DNA of 64,000 bases from Ranitomeya imitator. Its lineage: Eukaryota. This document shows, one piece after another, positions 48,203-61,690 of this stretch (position 1 is the first letter of the stretch; every line of letters begins with the position of its first letter). The notes under the pieces are model-generated. The model was not told the DNA's origin. It saw only the letters and a list, made by a program, of their open reading frames with translations, and did no database searches. Location: NCBI RefSeq assembly GCF_032444005.1, contig NC_091285.1:516274001-516338000 (forward strand), in the 5' to 3' direction. The position numbers and the translations under genes are program-made.

Positions 48203-48705
48203 CAGCTCTGACAAAAAATTAAGAGACCACTGCAAAATTTTCAGTTTGTCTGATTGATCTCTTTATAGGTATATGTTTGAGTAAAATGTAAATTGTTCTT
48301 TTATTCTTTAAACTTCTGACAACATGTCTCTGAATTTCCAAGCAATAAATTTTGTATTTTTTTCTGATAAAATGGTCAACATAAAAAAAACCCCAGTGCT
48401 CAAATAATGCAAAGAAAACGAGTTCATAATCATTTAGAAACAACAATACTAATGTTTTAACTCAGTAAGAGTTCAGAAATCAATATTTTGTGGAATAACC
48501 ATGGTTTTTAATCACAGCTTTCCACTAGTCTTTCACACTGCTTCAGGTGCAAAAATGTAAGAAGTTCTTCTTTGTTTGATGGCTTGTAACTATCCATCAT
48601 CCTCTTGATTATATTCCAGAGGTTTTCAATGGGGTTCAGGTCTGGCGATTGGGCTACCCATGACAGGGTTTTGATGTGGTGGTCTATTAATTTTTGCCAG
48701 AGCTG
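48203..48705 (-). mobile_element. Non-autonomous Tc1-like element, second copy (503 bp)
   Basis: TA-CAGCTCTGACAAAAAATTAAGAGACC...TTAATTTTTGCCAGAGCTG-TA. Confidence 0.9.
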
Positions 48706-49935
48706 TAGTATAATTTCTCAGCATGGATGCATGGATAGGCCTGGGGCAGGGCTTGGACCAGCATTTCTAGCTTAAACATTGATCAGTAACAGATGGATGA
48801 GTGATAGGTGTAGGTCTGGTGCTGTGAGAGTTCTGCCAAATTCAGGCAACACATATGAAGGAGACCCAACTTGGAGTCCAAACATTTACAAAAATTAGGG
48901 GCAGACACCAAAAAGTGTCATCAATTGACCCACAGTAGAAACTTGATAATGGCACAGCAGCAGACAGACCTGGGCCATACATGAGGTATCATGGTCTGGG
49001 CCAGCATTTAGAACTTTGAATTTAAGTTTAAATTAACATGAAGTGAGGGACCGGTGTAAGTCCGCTGTGCGGGGAGCCCTGATACCTAATGCAACAGCTC
49101 AAACAGCTTTTTTGCTCAGCCACAGTTTGTTATTTTTAAATAAAATGGAAAACTGTGTTTAGTCTTATTTCTAATAAAGGACTTTATTCTGGTTGTGTCT
49201 TTATTTACCATACAACTATAGGATTAGTAATGGATATGTGTCTTATAGATGCCTGTACATTAGTAATCCATTGGCTTGCTGTCACCAGACAATACAAAGG
49301 TGACATCATCCCCATCAGGATCACCTCCATCCCAGGGGTCAACATCTGTTGATGAGGGTCTGGATTCTGCTTGGACCCTACTTTGTCCTGCCCTGGTTCC
49401 AACTGAAAAAATTTGGGGCATCTGTGCAGATGCTGTCCTCCTCTTGAGTCTGTGAATCTTTGGAGCAGACCTCTGATGCCCATGGAATAGAATATGTGAA
49501 CAGCTCTGCAGACTCTCCCATCTGTGGTTCCCCACAGTAAGTTGGGCGGTTGGAGAGTTGCGGGGGGAAACAAGGGAAATTTGGGTGCCATCTCTGAAGA
49601 TTGTACTGTGTGTGATGTTAAGGTGAAGGACGAGGAGAGACCATTTGATGCAGTGCTTGCCATCCACTGGAGCACATGCTCTTTCTTGCCCTTATCTACA
49701 AGGCATGCTGTAGAGCGGCTGCCAAAGAAAGGGAGTTGAGTAGCCCGTTGTTAGTTGTCTTTGTATAGGATGAGATGATGTTTGTTCAGTAGAATGTACA
49801 GCAACATTATCAGCTAACCCACGTACACCCTGAACACCAAGCATATTCACCCTTCCACCGCAACCTCACTTTTTTCCACTCTTGTTGGATGTTCCCTTCC
49901 CCTTTTTTAACCATTATTTATTTGCTGAGTCAGTG

Positions 49936-50445
49936 TGTCTGGACCATACTATTAGCAGAAAGGATTCAAAAATGTAGGCTGGTGTCTGGACCACATTATT
50001 AGCAGTAAGGATTTAGATTCAGAAATGTGGCCTGGTGTCTGGACCACACTATTAGCAGAAATGATTTAGATTCTGAAAAGTGGAATCTTGGCTGGACCAC
50101 ACTATTAGCACAAACAATTTAAATTCTGAAATGTGGCCTGCTGTATGGCCCACACTATTAGCAGAAAGAGTTTAGATTCTGAAGAGTGGCCTGGTATCTG
50201 GCCCACACTATTAGCAGAAAGATTTTACATTCTGAAATGTGGTCTGGTGTCTGGACCACACTGTTAGCACAAACAATTTAGATTATGAAATGTGATATGA
50301 TGTATGGCCCACACTATTAGCACAAGCGATTTAGATTCGGAAATGTGGACTCCTAGCTTGCCCATACTATTAGCACAAAAGATTTAGATTCGGAAATGTG
50401 GCCTGATCTCTGGCTCACAATATTAGCACAAACGATTTAGATGCT
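49936..50445. repeat. ~52-bp minisatellite (~10 copies)
   Basis: CCACACTATTAGCA recurs every 47-54 bp. Confidence 0.88.
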
Positions 50446-51095
50446 GGAAGGCCAATTTCACACAGGTTCCTCTCTATCTGAAGCATCTGACTATTTCTAG
50501 CAGCAGGAGCAGCTTCTCTGCCCTGTTACACTGATAAAATAGTGCAAAAACAACATGTCCTCTTTTTACATGGAGAGAGACATGTGACTTCGGCAGCCAG
50601 CGATGGAAGCCCTTGTGTCTGGACATTGTGGATGATTTCTGCGCCCTGATTGGCTGCTGGAATGTCCACACATTAATTTAATTAAAAAAAATTACACTCT
50701 GTCTCCACTCTGACCTCTCCCCACTCCATCCCCTCATCAAATACGTCCCCGCTGCTCATCATACAGTACCATTATCCTAGACAAAATCCTAACAAAAGCA
50801 TTAGTGGAAACTCGATGATTTACCTAGTTTTGGCTGAATTTTGCCGATTTTTAGGAAAAATGCTTGGGAATCCGAACACGAATCCGAATGTGCAATGTTC
50901 GTGCCGAATTTGAGATTGGCGAACATTTTTCGAACAAGTTCCCTCATATCTAATAATAAATTCAAGTTGCAATAGATGCCTTGTTTTGCAAAAGATGTAC
51001 AACTGCCGTCATATAAAAAGCCTGTTACCATAAAAAAAATGGCTGTTTAAGATTGCTAATAAATTAATCTTATTACTCTACTGCTCTGATACTAA

Positions 51096-51802
51096 AGGTA
51101 CCGTCACACATAGCGACAACGATCCGGATCGCTGCAGCGTCGCTGTTTGGTCGCTGGAGAGCTGTCACACAGACAGCTCTCCAGCGACCAACGATCCCGA
51201 GGTCCCCGGTAACCAGGGTAAACATCGGGTAACTAAGCGCAGGGCCGCGCTTAGTAACCCGATGTTTACCCTGGTTACCATCCTAAAAAGTAAAAAAACA
51301 AACGCTACATACTTACCTACAGCCGTCTGTCCTCGGCGCTCTGCTTCTCTGGTCTGGCTGTGAGCGCCGGGCAGCCAGAAAGCAGAGCGGTGACGTCACC
51401 GCTCTGCATTCCGGCTGACCGACGCTCACAGCCAGTACAGGAGGAGAGCAGAGCACAGCGCTGGAGGACAGACGGCTGTAGGTAAGTATGTAGCGTTTGT
51501 TTTTTTACTTTTAGGATGGTAACCAGGGTAAATATCGGGTTACTAAGCGCGGCCCTGCGCTTAGTTACCCGATGTTTACCCTGGTTACCAGCGAAGACAT
51601 CGCTGAATCGGTGTCACACACGCCGATTCAGCGATGTCTACGGGGAGTCCAGCGACGAAATAAAGTTCTGGACTTTCTTCCCCGACCAGCGATCTCCCAG
51701 CAGGGGCCTGATCGCTGCTGCCTGTCACACTGGACGATATCGTTAGCGAGGACGCTGCAACGTCACGGATCACTAGCGATATCGTCTAGTGTGACGGTAC
51801 CT
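51096..51802. mobile_element. Palindromic PIF/Harbinger-like MITE, ~707 bp
   Basis: TAA-AGGTACCGTCACAC...GTGTGACGGTACCT-TAA; internal inverted arms ~51200-51350 / 51460-51590. Confidence 0.82.
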
Positions 51803-52980
51803 TAAGCTGCCCCTGCCTCCTGAGCTTAATCTTCATTACACAAGGATCAGTGTGAGTTCTAAAGATTTGCTATTACATACTTATGGATGGACAGATTCAG
51901 CCTAATGAATACAAGTACTAGTTTATTTAGAGAGATACCAAGGCCTTGCTAGGTAGATTATCAGCAGCAAGTGTGGGGGTTGACAGCATCTTGTTTGGCA
52001 GCCTTCCAGGCAGCCAATCAATGATAGGGAATGAAACAGCTAATTCCCTGCTGCTTTTCCAAGTAGAAATCACTGGAAGTTATCAATACCTTGTAAAATT
52101 ACATCATTGATGCGTTTCCAGCGTAACAAGGAACAACACATTTACTTAACCTCTGGATAAAGTTCGGCAGGGAGAGCGTTACTGATCGGGTCTTAAAAAC
52201 ACAATGCACAGACGTTAATTTTAGCAGCTGACTTCATTCCCCACTGAACGACACACATCTACAATAATTGTCAAGGGCCAATCAGTATCTGCATAAGCTG
52301 AACTCTTGGAATACACAAGAGTATTTAATAATTACATACTACCATGCCTGTGGGGGGAAAACTTGTTGGTATTCAGAAATGAAGATGTTGCAGACAGAAT
52401 TTCTTTGAATCATTTGCAACAAATATATTTTTTAAATATGTAATTGGATAAAATATTTGAACTACATAAATAATAATCTACACACATTATATATTATTCA
52501 TTAATACATTTACATATCTATTCATGGCACGTCACAGGCTATAGATAAGTTATAAGTCAGGGATTGCTCATAGCAGGGGCAGACACAGACTGCAGAGGGC
52601 CCCTGTGCAAGAAATCTCCCCCCCCTCCATAGTGCAACAAAGATATCTAAACATATAGGCAGGGGTGGGATTCAAATTTTTAGCAACAGGTTCTGTGTTT
52701 GTGTGTAGGAAAACCACACCCATTTTTTAAGCCACACCCATTTACACACACCTTTTCCTCAAACATATGCAAGCAGGGGCGCAGTTAAACCATACCTCCC
52801 AACTTTTGAAGAGGGGAAAGAGGGATAAAGTTTGCGGGGCGCACAGCGGCAAATTTTAAGCCACGCCTTTGACCACACCCATTTCATAACTAGTCACACC
52901 CATATCCACATCCCAACCACAGCCATTTAGCATTGCTGATCACACTGTTTCATAAACAATAATTATAAACAAAAAAATAT

Positions 52981-53508
52981 GGCCACACAGTGCTCCATAC
53001 TGTATAATGGCCACACATGATGCTCCATACTGTATAATGGCCCCACAGTGCTCCATACTGTATAATAGCCACACATGATGCTCCATACTGTATAATGGCC
53101 CTACATGATGCTCCATACTGTATAATGGCCACACATGATGCTCCATACTGTATAATGGCCACACACGATGCTCCATACTGTATAATGGCCACACATGATG
53201 CTCCACACTGTATAATGGCCACATATGATGCTATATACTGTATAATGGCCACACATGATGCTACATACTGTATGATGGCCAGATAGTGCTCCATACTGTA
53301 GAATGGCCACACATGATGCTACATACTGTATAATGGCCACACATAGTGCTCAATACTGTATGATGGCCACACATGATGCTACATACTGTATGATGGCCAC
53401 ATAGTGCTCCATACTGTGTAATGACCACACATGATGCTCCATACTGTATAATGGCCACACATGATGCTACATACTGTATGATGGCCCCACATGATACTAC
53501 ACACTGTA
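52981..53508. repeat. 30-bp minisatellite (resumes at 55058-55105 after the Tc1)
   Basis: Unit GGCCACACATGATGCTCCATACTGTATAAT, ~17 copies. Confidence 0.93.
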
Positions 53509-55057
53509 CACTGTGTGCAGAATTATTAGGCAAGTTTATATTTTGATCACATGATACTTTTTATACATGTTGTCCTACTCCAAGCTGTTCAGGCTTGAGA
53601 GCCAACTACCAGTTAAGTAAGTCAGGTGATGTGCATCTCTGTAATGAGGAGGGGTGTTGTCTAATGACATCAAAACCCTATATAAGGTGTGCTTAATTAT
53701 TAGGCAACTTCCTTTCCTTTGGCAAAATGGGTCAGAAGAGAGATTTGACGGACTCTGAAAATACCAAAATTGTGAGCTGTCTTGCAGAGGGATGCAGCAG
53801 TCTTGAAATTGCCAATCTTTGGAAGCGTGATCACCGAACAATCAAGCGTTTCATGGCAAATAGCCAACAGGGTCGCAAGAAGCGTGTTGGGCAAAAAAGG
53901 CGCAAAATAACTTCCCATGAATTGAGTAAAATCAAGCCTGAAGCTGCCAAGATGCCATTTGCCATCAGTTTTGTAATATTTCAGAGCTGCAATGTTACTG
54001 GAGTAACAAAAAGCACAAGGTGTGCGATACTCAGGGACATGGCCAAGGTAAGGAAGGCTGAAAAACTACCACCTTTGAACAAGAAACTTAAGATAAAACC
54101 TCAAGACTGGGCCAAGAAATACCTTAAGACTGACTTTTCAAAGGTTTTATGGACTGATGAAATGAGAGTGACTCCTGATGGGCCAGATGGATGGGCCAGA
54201 GGCTGGATCAGTAAAGGGCAGAGAGCTCCGCTCCGACTCAGACGCCAGCAACGTGGAGGTGGGGTACTGGTATGGGCTGATATCATCAAAGATGAACTTG
54301 TGGGACCTTTTCGGGTTGAGGATGGACTAGAGTGAAGCTCAACTCCCAGAGCTACTGCTACTTTCTGGAAGACAACTTCTTCAAGCAGTGGTACAGGAAG
54401 AAGTCGGTATCGTTCAAGAAAAACATGATTTTCATGCAGGACAATGCTCCATCACATGCCTCCAACTACTCCACAGCATGGCTGGCCAGTAAAGGTCTCA
54501 AAGAAGAAAAAATAATGACATGGCCCCCTTGTTCACATGATCTGAACCCCATAGAGAACCTGTGGTCCCTCATAATGTGAGATCTACAGGGAGGGAAAAC
54601 AGTCCACCTCTCGGGACAGTGTCTGGGAGGCAGTGGTGGCTGCTGCACGCAATGTTCATCGTAAACAGATCAAGCCACTGACAGAATCAATGGATGGAAG
54701 GCTGTTAGTGTCATCATAAAGAAAGGTGGCTATATTGGTCACTAATTTTGGGGGGTTTTGTTTTAGCATGTCAGAAATGTTTATTTCTAAATTTTGTGCA
54801 GTTATAGTGATTTACCTGGTGAAAATAAACAAGTGAGATGGGAATATATTTGGTTGCCTAATTCTGCACAGTAATAGTTACCTGCACAAAGAGATATCCT
54901 CTTAAGATAGCCAAATATAAAAAACCCCATTCCAACTTCCAAAAATATTAAGCTTTGATATTTATGAGTCTTTTGGGTTGATTGAGAACATAGTTGTTGA
55001 TCAATAATAAAAATAATCCTCCAAAATGCAACTTGCCTAATAATTCTGCACACAGTG
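53509..55057 (+). mobile_element. Full-length Tc1-like transposon, DD37E type, 1549 bp
   Basis: TA-CACTGTGTGCAGAATTATTAGGCAAGTT...AACTTGCCTAATAATTCTGCACACAGTG-TA. Confidence 0.93.
53727..54745 (+). pseudogene. Disrupted DD37E Tc1 transposase
   Basis: MGQKRDL...WTDE...; frameshift and stop at ~54330; QDNAPSH...DLNPIEN with 37 residues between D and E; second frameshift at ~54578; ends GGYIGH*. Confidence 0.88.
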
Positions 55058-55109
55058 TATAATGGCCACACATGATCCTGCGTACAGTATAATGACCACA
55101 CATAGTTAC

Positions 55110-55740
55110 TTCTACACACAGGGCTCCCCTCCGTACACCTTGCATACACGGCTCCGCTCCGTACACCTCATAAACACACGGCTCCGCTCCGTACACCGCA
55201 TACACACACGGCTCTGCTCTGTACACCTGATACACACATGGCTCCGCTTCGTACACCTCATACACACGGCTCCACTCTGTACACCTCATACACACACGGT
55301 TCCGCTCCGTACACCTCATACACACAGGGCTCCACTCCGTACACCTCATGCACACACAGCTCTGCTCCGTACACCTCATACACACATGGCTCCACTCCGT
55401 ACACCTCATACACACACACGGCTCTGCTCCGTACACCTCATGCACACACGGCTCCGCTCTGTACACCTCATACACACACACAGAGCTCCGCTCTGTACAC
55501 CTCATACACACACTGCTCCGCTCCGTACACCTCATACACTCACGGCTCCGCTCACCTTATACACACACGGCTCCGCTCCGTACACCTCATGCACACACAG
55601 CTCTGCTCCGTACACCTCATACACACATGGCTCCACTTCGTACACCTCATACACACACACGACTCCGCTCCGTACACCTCATTCACACACACGGCTCCGC
55701 TCTGTACACCTCATACACATACACACACGGCTCTGCTACA
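55110..55740. repeat. ~31-bp minisatellite
   Basis: Unit CACACGGCTCCGCTCCGTACACCTCATACA(CA), ~20 copies. Confidence 0.92.
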
Positions 55741-56678
55741 TCCACACTGTAAACAACTCCTGACCCCACACATAAGCTTACCGTCTAGCACCATGACAGC
55801 ACAGCAGAGTCCTGCAATACACGGAGGCCCTGATCATGTGACTCCTGACTCCTCCCCTCCTGTGACCTCATCACAGGTCCTGTGCGCACAGAGCAGCAGT
55901 GGCCATACATGTGATGTATGGCTCTGAGCAAGCTTCAGTGACTCACTGTGACTGAGAGGCCCTCCTCCTCCCTCCTCCTCCCTCCTCTCTTCCTGGTCCA
56001 GCGTCTGCTACCCATCACCTCACCGCAGACTGCAGCAGAAGAGACAGTAGCATAATATATGCTAGCAGGTGAGGAGGGGGGGCCTGTTTAACTGTCATAT
56101 CACATGTGTGCAGCAGAGCGGGCCCCTCTGCTTCTCCTGTTAGCAGTAATACTACCGCCGGCTGTCATCCACATTCATTGCTTTGTATGCCCGTCGGGGG
56201 CCCCCTCCCGCTCTGGGCCCCTGTGCGGTTGCACAGGTTGAACAGGCGGAATGTCCGCCCATGGTTCATAGGACTTTAGAGAATGACAAGACGAGGGACA
56301 ATTTAATCTGAACCTGTCAAGTTGTGCATGCTGTCCAATCTGTAGATGGTGTGTATTGGGAAATGTTGCCCATTGATTTAGAAGAGTATTGTGAGATTAT
56401 ACACAAGAGTTGGACTTTCAGTTAATGCTTCAATTAATCCCAAATTGTTTTAATAAGGTTGAGACCAGGGCTTTGTGCTGACCACTTGAGTTTCTTCATA
56501 CCAATGTTATCAAGCAATAAATTCAAGGACCCTATTTTCTGCACAAGGGAACTCTCAGGCTGGAAAAGAAATGGCCTTCCCTAAACTATTACAGCACAAG
56601 AAGAAGCTTACAACTGTCTAAAATATATTTGTATGTTGTAGCATTAACAATATAGTGACTATCCCAAACTCTTAATAT

Positions 56679-56873
56679 GGCCGGGATCACACTACAGCGA
56701 GATACGGCCGAGTCTCGCTGGTTAAAACCAAGCTCTGGCACCGGCACTCCGGAGCGGAGCGTGCGGCTCCATGTATTGCTATACGGCCGCACGCTCCGCT
56801 CTGGAGTGCCGGTGCCAGAGCTTGGTTTTAACCAGCGAGACTCGGCCGTATCTCGCTGTGTGTGATCCCGACC
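56679..56873. mobile_element. Palindromic MITE, ~195 bp (Harbinger-like)
   Basis: Near-perfect hairpin GGCCGGGATCACAC...GTGTGATCCCGACC; flanks TAT/TAA. Confidence 0.75.
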
Positions 56874-57635
56874 TAACAGCTTCATACCATTATAGCAGGC
56901 ACTATGCATTCTTGCAGGTAGCAACGTCTGAACATTTATGAACACAAATCTGTTCACCATATTGCCAAATAGTGAGGAGTGCTTCGTCGGAGACCAAATT
57001 TGCTTTACAGCTCCTCCTAGTTCTTAGCATTGCCCAAAAATGTTTTAGTTTTGGGTGTAGCTGCTCTACTATAAATACCCTTTAAATGGAATTTGTCTGG
57101 TGGCAATGTCATTTCAATATCAATAGACAAACCACCAGGGTTTGCACCAGGAAAGGCAATTTTGAAACACCCACTTTGCAAGTTTGCATGGTCTACTGCT
57201 TTGTGTTACTCCAAGATGTTTCAACTTAAAATTGACTTGGACAGATCTACCACACCCAGAAATATTACAAACCGACTGGTCACAAAAGAGTCATCATTTG
57301 ACAGTGCCATATTCTCTTATACAGGACTACATTAATTTTTACTGAGGGTCTAAGAACTAACCGGCAGTTATTTGCTAACTATCTGCATGTTCTGCCCACC
57401 GCAGATCTCTACTAACACAGAACAATCACTGACCGCTACTGCTTGTGATTCTCTGACTTCTCATCCACTCTTTGGTGTGACTACTGATGTCCAGCTTATT
57501 GACAGCTGGCTTGTTGCTTCCTAACTGGTGGAAGTCAATCAACATGCTGCACGCCCAGTTGATAGAGCAGCCCAGACTTGCAGGTAGTTTATAACTAGTT
57601 GTCAACTGCCTGCCTGATAGTTTTTCATCTCTTAG

Positions 57636-57824
57636 TAGTGATGAGCGAGTATGCTCGTTACTCGAGTTTCTCTGAGCATGCTTGGGTGGTCTCCGAGTTT
57701 TTTGGTGTGCTCGGAGATTTAGTTTATGTCGACACAGCTGCATAATTTGCGGCTGTTAGACAGCTTGAATACATGTGGGGATTGCCTAACAAACTCGAGT
57801 AACGAGCATACTCGCTCATCACTA
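57636..57824. mobile_element. hAT-family MITE (same family as 6831-7141), 189 bp
   Basis: TAGTGATGAGCGAGTATGCTCGTTACTCGAG / CTCGAGTAACGAGCATACTCGCTCATCACTA; TSD not recovered. Confidence 0.8.
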
Positions 57825-58073
57825 TAGACTCTAAGTAAAAAAAAAAAATTTAGTCCTGGATAATACCTTTAACTAACAATTACAACCAATACTATTACCA
57901 CTGTTTTTGGAAAGTGCATAACTGTGTGATTGATTTTATGCACCTATGGTTGTGCTCAAAAGTTTACATACGCTGGCAGAATTTAGTCATTGCGTGAAGC
58001 CATTTATTATCAAACTACTGTGTTTTCTCTTTTTAAATCATAATGGCAACCCAAAACATTCAAATGACCCTTA

Positions 58074-58385
58074 GCCTAGGTTCACATTGCGTTAGGGCAA
58101 TCCATTAAGTGCATAGCGCTAACGGATTGCGCTAACGCAATGTTTGTTTAGGGTCCGCGTTTTGCGAGGGACGGACCTCGGACGCCACAAAAGGTCTGTC
58201 ACAAAAGAACAGCACATCGCTAGCGCGTGCCGAAAATGGCATGCGCTAGCGATGCGCTACAGCAAAAAATAACATTGCTGTCAATGGGTGCGCTAACGGA
58301 CCCGTTGCATGGCGTTAATTGCGACATTTTCGCCGTGCAACGCAGTCTGTTAGCATTAACCCATTAACGCAATGTGAACCTAGCC
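58074..58385. mobile_element. PIF/Harbinger-like MITE, 312 bp
   Basis: TTA-GCCTAGGTTCACATTGCG...CGCAATGTGAACCTAGCC-TTA. Confidence 0.83.
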
Positions 58386-58843
58386 TTATCAAAAGTTTAC
58401 ATACCCTGGTGATTTTGGCCTGATAACATGCACAGAAGTTGACACAAATGGGTTTGAATGGCTACTAAAGGTAACATCCTCACATGTTACCTGTTTGCTT
58501 GTAATCAGTGTGTGTGCATAAATGCTGAGTTGGTTTCTGGGATCCAGACAGACTCTTGCATCATTCATCTAGCCACTGACATTTCTGGATTATGAGTCAT
58601 GGAGAAAGAATTGTCAATGGATCTACGGGAAAATATAGTTGAACTGCATAAAACAGGAAAGAGATACAAAAAGATATCCAAGGATTTGATATCCAAGGAA
58701 CTCCTTGATAAGCAAGAAATTAAAAAGATATCCAAGGAATAGACCAACAAAAATTTAGTCTACAAATGCAAGGAAAATTGTTTGGGATGCAAAGAAAAAT
58801 CCATAAATAACATCAGCTGAAATACTGGACTCTCTGAAAACTA

Positions 58844-59218
58844 TTTAATCCTACAAAGAACAAGGAGTAAAAATCCCATACGCAGGTATAAAAAAGAACG
58901 TATAACAATCTTTATTAAACACATATACAAATATAATATACAGACTGACTATACAAGGTACAGAAACTGGTGCAAATACAGAGGACACAAACACTGTGGT
59001 AACACATGGGGCTTAATAAACGGATGACCTCAGATGAAAGGTAACCAAACGTATCACAATACTGTGCTGTAAGTACTATATGGTATAATATGAGTCGTAA
59101 CTGACTACCAAACTCCACACATTGCAAGTCACTTCTAAAATTAAGTCATAAAGAAAGTGGGAGGTCCACCATTCATCTTACCCGCAAATATGTGCCAGTG
59201 CGTGACTCCAGCAGCCCC
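58844..59218. mobile_element. Unclassified 375-bp insertion (possibly Penelope-like)
   Basis: Splits the Tc1 coding region; AAAACTA duplicated at 58837-43 and 59219-25. Confidence 0.55.
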
Positions 59219-59378
59219 AAAACTAGCGGTGTGGCTGTTTCAAGATGTACAATAAGGAGGCACTTGAAGAAAAATGGGTTGCATGGTCAAGTCACCAGAA
59301 GAAAGCCATTACTGCTCAAATGCCACAAAGTATCTTGCCTACAATACGTAAAACAGCACAGAGACAAGCCTCAAAACT

Positions 59379-61690
59379 CCCATCCCTAACCCACCGCTTC
59401 ACCCTATCACTATCTTCTGGCACCTTCCCTTCTGCTTTCAAACAAGCCACAATCACGCCTATCCTTAAAAAGACAACCCTCGATCCAACTGCTATGTCCA
59501 GCTATCGCCCAATATCACTGTTCCCATTCGCTTCCAAACTCCTGGAGCAGCACGTCCACTCTGGACTTTCCTCCCACCTCTCATCTAACTTGCTCTTTGA
59601 CAATCTGCAATCTGGTTTCTGCCCCCATCACTCAACTGAGACAGCCCTGACCAAAATCACTAACAACCTACTTACCGCGAAAGCTAATGGACAATACTCT
59701 GTACTCCTAATTCTAGACCTGTCCTCTGCTTTCGACACGGTTGACCACTGCCTCTTACTACAGATCCTCTCCTCCTTTGGCATCAAAGACCTCGCCCTAT
59801 CCTGGATCTCTTCGTACCTTTCCAACCACACATTCAGCGTCTCCCACTCCCACACTACCTCCTCATCCCACCCTCTCTCTGTTGGAGTCCCCCAAGGCTC
59901 TGTCCTCGGGCCCTTACTCTTCTCAATCTATACTCTTGGCTTGGGACAACTCATAAAGTCCCATGGATTCCAGTACCATCTATGCTGATGACACTCAGAT
60001 CTACCTCTCAGGCCCAGACGTCACGGCTCTGCTGTCCAGAATCCCAGAGTGCCTATCAGCCATTGTTAGGGCTAGCGGAACGCACCAAATACTAAGACAG
60101 ATAGAGTATGGTGCGTTCGCAGCCCAGGGTCCACCGTGCAGAGATGGAACCTGCTGCCAAGTAATGACGGACTATATGGCGGTACTCATAAGTATACACA
60201 CGTGGGTTAAACTTCACCCAGCGTGAAGGAAGCGATCCTGTTGCGTCACAGGATCGCGGTACCGCACATAGAGCGCGAGCAAGTAGTCAGCGAACTCAAC
60301 CCCAACTAGGATTGAAGTCCGATTAGACCCTTGCTGGCACAACACCACAACTGGGTGTGTAAGGAAGCTAAATAACTATATTAGGGCACAAGAGTGCATG
60401 CGGTGCCGCACTGACGAACGCCACTAACCACCCAGGCATGGGTAAGGAAAGCACAGAGGAAGTGCACGGCGCCGTACTGGCGGTCACAGCAACTGGACGC
60501 TGTAATGTGTGATTCGTGCTGTAGGATAAGTCGGGCGCTAGATAGCAACCATACACCTTCCGCGAACAGGCATTCAATAGGGAAGGGGTATCCAAGGACG
60601 ACTTGCACTCACAACAAACACACATATGCAAATGTACACTAGCACATGGCCGTGCGGTCATGCGCAGTTAATATAGTTGCAGCACAGGAAGTGGCCACAG
60701 AAACTTTGCCCTTCCAAGACCTGCCAAGAGGACCAATGGAATGTGCTGCAGGGCCTGAGCACATGACCCTCGATCTCCAACGGGAGATCTTGCCCTGGGC
60801 ATGCTCAGTGTGTGCAGACAAGGACTTAGTCCCAGAGAAGTCTGCTCGCTGCTGACCAGCACTGGCTTTAATGGCAGAAGCTGAAGAAGCAGCAGTAACT
60901 CTCTGTACAGAGTGAGACTGAGCAAGACGCTGGGACCGACGTCCCTGCTGAGCAGACTCCGCTGCGGCTGGATAAGAATGGGAGACCGCAGCGGAGATGG
61001 CTCGAGATTCCCCCTGTGCAGAAGCGGGAACTCGAGACCTAACAGCCATATCCTCCTCCTTCTCCTCTCACTTCCTCAAACTCAATGTGGACAAATCTGA
61101 ACCCATCATCTTTTTTCGTCCATCCCATAGATCTTCATTACCTGACCTATCTATCGCAATCAATGACATCATGCTTTCCCCCGTACCAGAAGTCCGCTGC
61201 CACGGAGTAACCTTCGACTCTGCCCTGTCCTTCAAACCGCACATCCAAGCTCTTTCCACCTCCTGTCGCCTCCAGCTCAAAAATATCTCCAGAGTCCGTC
61301 CTTTCCTCAACCGTCAATCTACTAAAATGCTTGTGCACGCCCTCATCTCCCGCCTTGACTACTGCAACATCCTTTTCTGCAGCCTCCCTGCTAACACCCT
61401 TGCACCTCTCTAGTCCATTCTTAACTCTGCTGCCCGACTAAGTCGTCTCTCTCCTCGCTAATCCTCTGCTTCCCCCCTCTGCAAATCTCTTCACTGGCTC
61501 CCATTCCCTCAGCGTATCCAGTTCAAATTACTAAAACTGACCTACAAAGCCATCCACAACCTGTCTACTCTATATATCATTGTTAGTTTGTTTACTGTAA
61601 GTGATATCTGTAACTTGTATGTAACCCCTTCTCATGTAAAGCACCATGGAATCAATGGTGCTATATAAATAAATAAATAATAATAATAAT
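59379..61690 (+). mobile_element. 5'-truncated L2 LINE, reverse transcriptase pseudogene
   Basis: [67 protein letters not shown]; (TAA)n tail; AACT duplicated at 59375-78 / 61691-94. Confidence 0.92.
60064..61044. mobile_element. Solo LTR, 981 bp
   Basis: TGTTAGGG...ACCTAACA; perfect 5-bp TSD GCCAT (60059-63 / 61045-49); the L2 RT frame resumes on the other side. Confidence 0.92.

Larger units (their letters stand above)
48042..50952 (-). mobile_element. Decayed hAT element with transposase N-terminal remnant and 52-bp array
   Basis: TAGAGATGAG at 48042 and CCTCATATCTA at 50952; minus strand ~49660-49730 reads LVDKGKKEHVLQWMAS, similar to LLKPEQQEQVLAYLAD in the intact transposase; no TSD found. 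Confidence 0.5.
52574..56263. mobile_element. Non-autonomous hAT element, 3690 bp including a nested Tc1
   Basis: TIRs CAGGGGCAGACA / TGTCCGCCCATG (10/12); 8-bp TSD GCTCATAG (52566-73) / GTTCATAG (56264-71), 7/8 match. Confidence 0.75.

Noticed and set aside
52940-55927. His/Thr/Tyr/Cys-rich ORFs
   Set aside because: Translations of 30-31-bp minisatellites.
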